From sequence record LC667451.1: a stretch of DNA of 64,000 nucleotides; one strand, given 5' to 3'. A program made the translations under genes and the position numbers. A model generated the notes under the pieces. The model saw nothing but the letters and a program-made list of their open reading frames with translations, did not search any database and was not told where the DNA came from. Position 1 is the first letter of the stretch. Every line of letters begins with the position of its first letter. Positions 57,038-64,000 of the stretch are shown here, piece after piece.

Positions 57038-58552
57038 TTACAGTTTCCAATCACCACTGAAACCTTGCGTCCCGTGGAACGAACCGCTCGGATCGACGTT
57101 GTTCGGGCTCAATGCCGCCGTGAAGAGGCTATCGAAGTCCGATGCGAGTTGCAGCGAGCGCTGGTCGTTGTTGGTCACGACCGGCACCAGCAACGCATCG
57201 CAAAAGCTCGGCAACACGAAGGTCTCGAATTCACCACCATTCATCGAGACTTCGATGATCGATTCGCCGAGCAAGTCGATCTGCAGATTGAACAGATAGT
57301 CGATCTGGTTGTCGAACGACAGGTCGTTGAGCACCTCGTGGACCACCCGCCACTTAAAGCGCTCGATGAACTGCGTCATGTCGATCGTCGTGCCTGCCAT
57401 CGCCGGGAAGTCCAGCATCTGCGAGACGACTACCTCGCCTTGCCGGAACTCATTGCGATTGGACATGTGCACGATGATCTTCGCGATCGCATTGTCCACC
57501 ATGATCGCCGGGATCGAGTGACCCAGGATCGTTGCCACCTGCGTGTACTGGTTCGACGCTTGCCAACCCACTTCCGTCGACTGGTTGTGGAAGAAGCCCG
57601 AATGGCCGTACGGGTTCATCGCCGATGCTTGACCTTGCATGGTCAGGATGGCGATGTCGTCGTCCAGCGCATGCGGATCGAGACGCGTCAAATCGCGCAG
57701 CGTGAATACGTTGCCTTGTGAGCCACGCAGTCGATTCATCGCTGCCATGAACGCATCTTGCGAGACCGATTGTTCGGCTGCCGTACCTCGTGCCTGACTG
57801 AGGATTTGATCCTCGGACTGACCCATGGCGTCGATCTTCATCGCCGTCTTGTAGTTCTCGAACAAGCTCGCGGCGTACGCGGTGGTATTGGCATTGGCTC
57901 GCCACGATTTCTGCGGCATGCCCGTGATGAGCGTGCGCGTGTCGTTCATGTCGAGATTCTGCTGACCCAGGCCGATGCGTGTCATCGTCGAGTATACGTC
58001 TGCCGGACGCATGCGGTACTCTTTCTCGGGCTGGTGAATGCCGTCGAAGTGGTTGTCCACGATGATGTGCGCATTGTCCGCCACGTTGTAATACTCGCGA
58101 TTGCCCACGCCGGTGCGCGCCACGAGTCGGCGCAGGCTCATCGTCGAATTCACGTAAAAGCCCATGTCCGGGTCGACGGTGCCTTGCAGGCTCGGATCGA
58201 AGTACTCCGAGTAGCCGGTGATGATCTGCGTGATTTCGACACCTGCCGGTCCGATATGGTCAAGCAACAGCATGAAGCGCAAACGACGTGTGCCCCAGCC
58301 GTGTGCAATGCCGACTTCCTTCTCGTACGTGGCGCTCGGCAAGATGAAACGGTTGGCGATCCCTGCCAGGTTCGCAGCCGTCACACTTTGCGCGGGGTCG
58401 ATGCGCTCGTGCACCATCATCTCGACATCGGGTGTCACGACCGTTTCGTACGGTCGACGATATTGCGGTGCGTTACCGTTCGTTTCGATCATGACGAGTT
58501 GGCGAACCCGGAACTTGTCGCCCATCCCGACACCATTGAAGTTGTGCTGCAT
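57038..58552 (-). CDS. picA: Probable phage-nucleus protein import factor (phiKZ gp69/Imp1, PicA)
   Basis: 504 aa, immediately downstream of the gp68-like gene as in phiKZ/PhiPA3. Assigned by synteny and size only. Confidence 0.6.
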   Translation of the reverse strand: MQHNFNGVGMGDKFRVRQLVMIETNGNAPQYRRPYETVVTPDVEMMVHERIDPAQSVTAANLAGIANRFILPSATYEKEVGIAHGWGTRRLRFMLLLDHIGPAGVEITQIITGYSEYFDPSLQGTVDPDMGFYVNSTMSLRRLVARTGVGNREYYNVADNAHIIVDNHFDGIHQPEKEYRMRPADVYSTMTRIGLGQQNLDMNDTRTLITGMPQKSWRANANTTAYAASLFENYKTAMKIDAMGQSEDQILSQARGTAAEQSVSQDAFMAAMNRLRGSQGNVFTLRDLTRLDPHALDDDIAILTMQGQASAMNPYGHSGFFHNQSTEVGWQASNQYTQVATILGHSIPAIMVDNAIAKIIVHMSNRNEFRQGEVVVSQMLDFPAMAGTTIDMTQFIERFKWRVVHEVLNDLSFDNQIDYLFNLQIDLLGESIIEVSMNGGEFETFVLPSFCDALLVPVVTNNDQRSLQLASDFDSLFTAALSPNNVDPSGSFHGTQGFSGDWKL

Positions 58553-58576
58553 CTTAACGCTCCTTGTTTCGTTTGC

Positions 58577-60151
58577 TTAAACAGCTGCTTGATTACGTGC
58601 CACAGCGATCGCCAGATCCGCCATCTTTACCCGGATGTCGTACGGCACCGGATAGCGACGATCGTTGTTGCGGAGGAATTTATCCTCTCCTTCCAGAGGT
58701 GTGAGCCATTTTTGTGGCACCGTCACGCGCCACTCGTGCTCACGGAACTGCTTGGTGACCGTGTCGATACTGATGACGGCCACGTTCTTTTCCTTCTGTG
58801 ACTTCTGCTTGCCCGCCTGCCGACGCGAGTGCGGATACAGTTCCTCCAACTGTGCCAGCCGGTCAGCCGGAATACGCGACTGCGGAATCACCCCCGTCAG
58901 CTGCAATTCCTGCGAGTTGTTCTGTGCGACGGCCGTCATCAGTGCTGCCAGCACATAGTGCTTCTGATGCCAGAGAATCGCCTGTGCCACACCCATCGCT
59001 TCGAGCACCGTCTTCTTCGACAGATACGGGAAGCTACGCGGGCTGACTGCGGTGGCCAGAGTCCATTGCACCAGGGTCAACTGCGGTTCCCAGATGTGTT
59101 CGGTATTCAGCTGTCGCACCGAATCCAACGACTCGTCCAACAGCTTCAGGTTATCCGCAATCGACGGGTCTACGCGCAACGCCAGCTTTCGCGTGTCGCT
59201 GATGTAGTGCTCGACGATGGCGATGTCACCCGCCGGGATTTCCTGCTTGACCTTGTAGCCTTCGAGCTTGGACAGGTTGTTTTCGCTGTCGCCGCTTTGG
59301 GACTCCGGGATCTTGGGCTTGACCATGCCCATGAAACTGTTGTCATGACCCTTGACTTTCTGGCCGATGTAGCGATAGATGAACGCCACCAGACTGAAGT
59401 CCGGATCAGTTCCGCTGATGTCGCCGATGGTCAGACGACGGATCACCACGAGTGCCAGCACCCAGGTCGAGAAGTCTTCGGTGGACAGGCCATCGAGAAT
59501 CGCCGAGTCGAATTCCTTCGCTTGCGGCAGGGAGAGTTCCACCCAGCGACGCAGCCGTTCCATCGGCGGGCACTTGCCTTCCTCGAAGATGTACGATTGC
59601 GCCAGCAATTCGAACGCTTTGTACTCCTTCCAGTTTGTGCCGTGTTCCTTTTCCGTACGGAACACATACTCGCCCCAGACCAACAACATCGGACGCAGTA
59701 CGATCGAGAGAACCACAAGTTGCTTGTAGTCTTCGCGCAGATACGTCCGATCTCGCGTGCCGATTGCCGCGTGGGATTCGGTAAACTGGTCCTTCAGATC
59801 CGCAGGCAGCTTGATGTCCGACTGGAAATCCATCCAGTGACGAACATCGTCCAGCGGATGCATCGCTTCGAGTTCCGCCACCAGCGGCAGCAACGCGCGC
59901 GCGAGGTCCTCGGTCTCCCACACTTCGTCGAAGGTCACGTGAATACGACGATAGACCTCGAAGATGGCATCCTGTTGTTCGGGAGTGCGCTTATCCCAGA
60001 AACCATTGATCTGGTGGAAGATGTCCAGACCCGGTGCGATCGAGGCTTTGTCGATCAGCTTGATATTCCACTTGAGCTCAAGGCCCTTGTGTTGGATGAT
60101 GGCGACGGTTTGATCCGCCAGGTGTCCTTCGCGATCGGTTATGACCTTCAT
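58577..60151 (-). CDS. Non-virion RNAP promoter-specificity (sigma-like) subunit, gp68-like
   Basis: 524 aa, helical. TYLREDY..L..LSIVLRPM..VWGEY resembles gp68/AR9 gp226. Early promoter upstream. Confidence 0.75.
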   Translation of the reverse strand: MKVITDREGHLADQTVAIIQHKGLELKWNIKLIDKASIAPGLDIFHQINGFWDKRTPEQQDAIFEVYRRIHVTFDEVWETEDLARALLPLVAELEAMHPLDDVRHWMDFQSDIKLPADLKDQFTESHAAIGTRDRTYLREDYKQLVVLSIVLRPMLLVWGEYVFRTEKEHGTNWKEYKAFELLAQSYIFEEGKCPPMERLRRWVELSLPQAKEFDSAILDGLSTEDFSTWVLALVVIRRLTIGDISGTDPDFSLVAFIYRYIGQKVKGHDNSFMGMVKPKIPESQSGDSENNLSKLEGYKVKQEIPAGDIAIVEHYISDTRKLALRVDPSIADNLKLLDESLDSVRQLNTEHIWEPQLTLVQWTLATAVSPRSFPYLSKKTVLEAMGVAQAILWHQKHYVLAALMTAVAQNNSQELQLTGVIPQSRIPADRLAQLEELYPHSRRQAGKQKSQKEKNVAVISIDTVTKQFREHEWRVTVPQKWLTPLEGEDKFLRNNDRRYPVPYDIRVKMADLAIAVARNQAAV

Positions 60152-60205
60152 TGTAATCTCTCTGTAGTAAGAGTTTGAACGACCATTCTAATCCTGCTCA
60201 TGTTA

Positions 60206-60213
60206 GTAATATA
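60206..60213 (-). promoter_or_regulatory. phiKZ-type early promoter TATATTAC
   Basis: Exact motif upstream of the gp68-like gene. Confidence 0.7.
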
Positions 60214-60291
60214 GGTTTTCAGCAGGTTTGAATCCACGGGGGATTCCGGGTATTCTAATCGAGGATGAAGGAGCACCCTCTCAGACCAGGC

Positions 60292-60325
60292 CTACCCAAG
60301 CCCAGTCTGAGAGGTGTGTCCTATG
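60292..60325 (-). terminator. Long hairpin after the chmC-like gene
   Basis: caccctctcagac...gtctgagaggtgtg, followed by cctatg. Confidence 0.55.
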
Positions 60326-60357
60326 TGCTAACTTGTGCTACGTGCGCGAGGCCGTTC

Positions 60358-61104
60358 TTAGAACGGGAGATCCTCGCTGCCGTCGTCGACGCTGGCGCGA
60401 CGATCGTTGTACGAACTGCCACCACCGGAACCACCACCACCGCCGCGGTTATAGCCACCACCACCGCCTTGGCCGCCGCGGTTGTAACCGCCGCCACCAC
60501 CGCCGTCACGCGGCTTTTCTTCCGGCTCGACCCAGTGCGAGACTTGCATGTTGCCGAGCATTTCGGTGAGCAGCGTGAAATACGCATTCGCTGCGACGAC
60601 CGACGCTTCTGCTGCCGAGTACGTTTCGCCCGTACCGTGCTTGAGCATGTGGAAGTCCGACAGCTGGAAGTTGAACTTGATGCGCGGGCGATCCTTCGCC
60701 ATCACGCCCATCCACACCACGCCTTCCTTGTCCTTGCCGACGAACAATTCGGACTGCACCACCGGCTTGTCGCTGCGCTTGCCGCCGGGGAAGATGAAGT
60801 TCTTGTTCTCGATCGAGTTCTTGAACTCGTCCTTGCCGTCGGTACCCGGCACGAATGCGATCGCCTTGGCCAGCAGGTTCAGGAACGCGAAGAACGCAGG
60901 CGTGTCCATGTTCGCGCTGATCTTACCGTAGTTCGTGTCACGGTCGCTTTCGACGTTCGTATACACGGTGATACGCGGGTTGTTGGAGAACAGACCCCAT
61001 TGCAGCGACGCGTACTTGCCGTCCTGGTTCTTCGCCGACATGTTCAACTTCTTGTTGTCGAGAGGGGTCTTCTTTCGCGGTTGCGGTTTGAAATCGCCTG
61101 CCAT
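60358..61104 (-). CDS. chmC: Probable ChmC-like nucleus-associated RNA-binding protein with RGG/YNRGG tail
   Basis: 248 aa, directly upstream of the gp68-like gene. Gly-rich YNRGG repeats. Assigned by synteny and tail. Confidence 0.6.
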   Translation of the reverse strand: MAGDFKPQPRKKTPLDNKKLNMSAKNQDGKYASLQWGLFSNNPRITVYTNVESDRDTNYGKISANMDTPAFFAFLNLLAKAIAFVPGTDGKDEFKNSIENKNFIFPGGKRSDKPVVQSELFVGKDKEGVVWMGVMAKDRPRIKFNFQLSDFHMLKHGTGETYSAAEASVVAANAYFTLLTEMLGNMQVSHWVEPEEKPRDGGGGGGYNRGGQGGGGGYNRGGGGGSGGGSSYNDRRASVDDGSEDLPF

Positions 61105-61163
61105 GATGCTTGCTTCCTGTGGTTTGTTTTATGGTACTCAGACCATAGGCTGGGTGAATAAAT

Positions 61164-62012
61164 TTAGACGAGAATTTCCTCGAGGAGTTTCTTGATCTCG
61201 GGGTCCTTCAGGTAACCGATGTTTTGCCGGATCTTATCCGTCGTGGTCACTTGCGTCCAGTTGTACTTCTGGGCCAACTCGATCACCGCCTTTTTAATCC
61301 TGATGTTCATCGGGAAAAAGGTACGTGCATCCCCAAACACCTGGAGAAAGTCTTCACGAAACGGAATCATCGAGAGTTCCCGTCCGCCCTGATACTTGGT
61401 GTACCACTGCGAACGCTTCTTGATGGCCCCGGTGTTGGACTCCACCAGATCGAGGCTCGGGAAGGCCTTGTAAGACAGCAGATCGTAGGCAAAATGCGTG
61501 AAGATCAGCGTCTTGGCTTGCTGCTGCGGGAACAACTTCAGGGCGAATACCCGGACGTCTTCCCCGCCTTGCTGCTCCAGACTCTTGAGCAGCGACTGGA
61601 GTGTCTGGCGCTTAAGCTCCATGTACTCCATCTGCTTATCCGTTCGCTCGCCCCGTAGCTTCGCATGCGGATACTTCTGTTGCATGTTGGCGTAGTTGCT
61701 CACGTAGAAGACGACTTTACAGCGGTCGTGAGTAATTTCTTTCACGATCCGTTTGATCTGCTCCATCTCATCGCGGATAGCTTCGTCGATCTGTAGCGGT
61801 GTGACACCTCCTGCGGCTTCTTTGTGGAGCGCCCCCATGAAGTTACGAAACAGGGTACGCAGATTAACCCAAAATTCACCGTAGTCCAGCAACGGCGCTT
61901 TCCTGATTGGAATCTCGGGATGAATCCCGGTCGCGCCTTCCAGCGCGAGCGAAGTTGCAACGGACAGCGGATACTGGCCTACCTCACGCTCGGCGATTGC
62001 TTGGCTATACAT
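61164..62012 (-). CDS. PIN/FEN-like 5'-3' exonuclease (RNase H-like), gp66-like
   Basis: WVNLRTLFRNF N-terminal motif, THFAYDLL, QVFGD. Confidence 0.6.
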   Translation of the reverse strand: MYSQAIAEREVGQYPLSVATSLALEGATGIHPEIPIRKAPLLDYGEFWVNLRTLFRNFMGALHKEAAGGVTPLQIDEAIRDEMEQIKRIVKEITHDRCKVVFYVSNYANMQQKYPHAKLRGERTDKQMEYMELKRQTLQSLLKSLEQQGGEDVRVFALKLFPQQQAKTLIFTHFAYDLLSYKAFPSLDLVESNTGAIKKRSQWYTKYQGGRELSMIPFREDFLQVFGDARTFFPMNIRIKKAVIELAQKYNWTQVTTTDKIRQNIGYLKDPEIKKLLEEILV

Positions 62013-62072
62013 GGCCCCTCCAAAAAGATAGTATTTAACCGGTCTCTAGGAGTGATATATCACCGAGATCCG

Positions 62073-63200
62073 TTAGAGCACCTCAGGCATGATCTCCTGT
62101 GCCATGGCCAGGATGTCGCTCGACGCGCCTGAGTTGATAAGACGGTCCGTGAGTAACGACGTCACGTTGTCCCGCGTGATAGTAATCGGGATATACGAAA
62201 TCTCATCATCCACCATCGTTTCCGCAGCTTCAGTTTCTCCATCGTCAATCGGCTTCTTATCCCACGTAAACCACGGCCATTTGCGAATCAACAGATCCAT
62301 GTTCGAGAAGATCGGATTGTCATACGTGGCTTGCACCCGTACGAACGAATCTTCGGGCAGGCCTTCGACCTGCTTGGCGATCTCCGCCAACGTATCTTCC
62401 ACCGTCATCGTTTCACACTTCACGGTCACAAAGCGCAGTGCGGCTTCGTTTTCCACAAACACCACATCGGATTCGGCCCCGCGCCGATAGGCGCGGACAT
62501 GCCCCTTCGGACCTTCCTCGCCATGGGACAGTCGGTCAAACGAACCCTGCGCGATAATACGATCGTAGCGCGAGTGGATATGGACGTGACCAATGAAGAT
62601 CAAATGCTTAACAATCTTCAGGTACTCTTCCGAACTATGCTTCTGGGCTTTCACCACAGGGGGCAGTTGATACTCGAACTGGCCGTGCATGAATGCGTAA
62701 TCGACTTGTGTGAGCCCTTTGGCTCGTAACAGGTCGTGAACTTGGCTGAGTGTGGTTTCGGTGGAATTCGTCCACTCATCGGGCACGAAGAGACACCACA
62801 TATCGTGGCGCTCTTCGTACTCGATGGATAGACTTTTCACGTATTTGAGATCGGCGCCAATGCCTGTTACTTGATTCAGTGACTGAAAGATCTTCGACTG
62901 TTTCCAGTCGTGAGATGGAGTGCCCTCAAGGACGCGCAGCAGAATGTCGTGCTTCTTGCACAACCTCAGCATGTACGTCACCCACACTTTAATTTCAGTC
63001 ACTACATCATCGGGTAAAGCCAGGTGTGTATCAAACACATCCCCAGCCAACACGATCATGTCTAGCTCGGCGGTCTCGGCGTTATCCGGAAAAGCAGCAC
63101 GGAGGTTCTTGATGATACGCTCCGTGGGATTGCGCGCGTGACCTAAATGAATATCGCTTACGACTGCGATCTTGAGGTTAGAGGAGTTCCCAGTCGTCAT
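62073..63200 (-). CDS. SbcD/Mre11-like metallophosphoesterase nuclease
   Basis: SDIHLG, AGDVFD, GTPSHD, MHGQF, IGHVH motifs. Confidence 0.88.
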   Translation of the reverse strand: MTTGNSSNLKIAVVSDIHLGHARNPTERIIKNLRAAFPDNAETAELDMIVLAGDVFDTHLALPDDVVTEIKVWVTYMLRLCKKHDILLRVLEGTPSHDWKQSKIFQSLNQVTGIGADLKYVKSLSIEYEERHDMWCLFVPDEWTNSTETTLSQVHDLLRAKGLTQVDYAFMHGQFEYQLPPVVKAQKHSSEEYLKIVKHLIFIGHVHIHSRYDRIIAQGSFDRLSHGEEGPKGHVRAYRRGAESDVVFVENEAALRFVTVKCETMTVEDTLAEIAKQVEGLPEDSFVRVQATYDNPIFSNMDLLIRKWPWFTWDKKPIDDGETEAAETMVDDEISYIPITITRDNVTSLLTDRLINSGASSDILAMAQEIMPEVL

Positions 63201-63828
63201 TGCTTGCCACTTGAGGGGTAGTTGTGCTCAGAGCATTGGGCTCGGGAGTAACTTCTTCCGTCTCGTAGAGTGGTTTCAAACCATAACGCTTAAAGATGGC
63301 ATTCCAGCGATCGATGTTGACTTTCACCGACGGTGGGATATTCCCCATAAGCATAGCGCGTTGGCGCAGATGCGAGGCCAGGTACATGCTGCCATCACGG
63401 GGAGACACACGGCTCTTTAGTTCCGCGTTCCGAATCACGTTCAGGATATTGCCGCCGGGAAGCTTGCTGCGTTCCTTAAGCAAAGCACGAATGCCTGCCC
63501 GGTCGAATCGAGGCGGCACAGTAAAGAGCACCTCGCCTTTCGTGTTGATCACGTCCACTTCGCGGTAGTCATTGCCCGCGAAGGCCGACCACATCCCGAA
63601 GCTCAATTCCGGGTAGAATTTGTTTTGTCCTTCGTGGAAGAACGGGAGCCAAAGACCCACGAAAATGCGTTCCGGCATACGCTTGCGATCCGAAACCGCA
63701 ACGCTGTCCAACGACTCACGAATGGCATGGATTTCCTCCTTCATCCGGGACTCGCCCGAGATGGTATCCAGATTACGGGTCATCCAATCAGCATGTGACT
63801 GGATCATCCTCTGCTTCGGTTCGCTCAT
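63178..63828 (-). CDS. Conserved phage protein, gp64-like
   Basis: 216 aa. VINTKGEVLFTVPP motif, coupled to neighbours. Confidence 0.6.
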   Translation of the reverse strand: MSEPKQRMIQSHADWMTRNLDTISGESRMKEEIHAIRESLDSVAVSDRKRMPERIFVGLWLPFFHEGQNKFYPELSFGMWSAFAGNDYREVDVINTKGEVLFTVPPRFDRAGIRALLKERSKLPGGNILNVIRNAELKSRVSPRDGSMYLASHLRQRAMLMGNIPPSVKVNIDRWNAIFKRYGLKPLYETEEVTPEPNALSTTTPQVASNDDWELL

Positions 63829-63998
63829 GAGACTCCCTGCGAATTACTGGGCAGTACCCCATTGTTGATGATGCCCATCACGCGCTTAAAGGTGGAGTTG
63901 TTGACCTCGACTTGCGAGCCCAGGGAATACTCTTGTCCACCGTCGTTGATGGCCGCCATGATGGTGAGTGTCACAGCATTGGTTGGATTGACCGTTGG
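63825..63998 (-). CDS. C-terminal part of a conserved phage protein (runs off right edge)
   Basis: Open frame PTVNPTNAVTLTIMAAINDGGQEYSLG...QGVS*, with ATGA overlap to the next gene. Confidence 0.6.
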   Translation of the reverse strand, partial: PTVNPTNAVTLTIMAAINDGGQEYSLGSQVEVNNSTFKRVMGIINNGVLPSNSQGVS

Positions 63999-64000
63999 AT

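Noticed and set aside
1-64000. CRISPR array, tRNA/rRNA, IS/transposase, diversity-generating retroelement
   Set aside because: No equal-length spaced repeats, cloverleafs, transposase or reverse-transcriptase motifs, or near-identical TR/VR pairs were noticed by eye. The tail paralogs are too diverged. A tRNAscan/repeat search would be needed to fully exclude these.

Overview
This window is part of a GC-rich, phiKZ-like jumbo phage genome (Chimalliviridae-type, nucleus-forming). It is not a bacterial chromosome. All phiKZ gene-number assignments come from motif recognition plus remembered synteny, not from database searches. From left to right it holds: (1) an array of 12 paralogous tail-fibre-like genes (1-10.8 kb); (2) the gp101 to gp84-like head/baseplate module, with S/A/G-X-E protease-processed head proteins; (3) one half of the split family-B DNA polymerase (gp82-like); (4) an early accessory block and a PGBD+DUF3380 endolysin; (5) the virion RNAP beta'-C subunit (gp80-like) and the gp79-gp76-like genes; (6) two tandem macrodomains; (7) an SF2 helicase; (8) the non-virion RNAP block (gp74, an uninterrupted gp71-73, gp68) with probable PicA/Imp1, gp70 and ChmC homologues; (9) a 5'-3' nuclease and an SbcD-like nuclease. 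The best novel candidate is a self-contained, probably late-expressed two-gene DUF6527-type cassette (28.3-29.3 kb) inserted among virion genes. It may be a phage de-conjugase against bacterial ubiquitin-like (Bub/Bil) antiviral tagging. Other candidates are a DarG-like macrodomain with a degenerate twin, a Trp-Gly low-complexity tail next to the nuclear-import gene, and a recurring CATA/TATG-hairpin intergenic element. No tRNA, rRNA, CRISPR array, intron or transposase was recognised.
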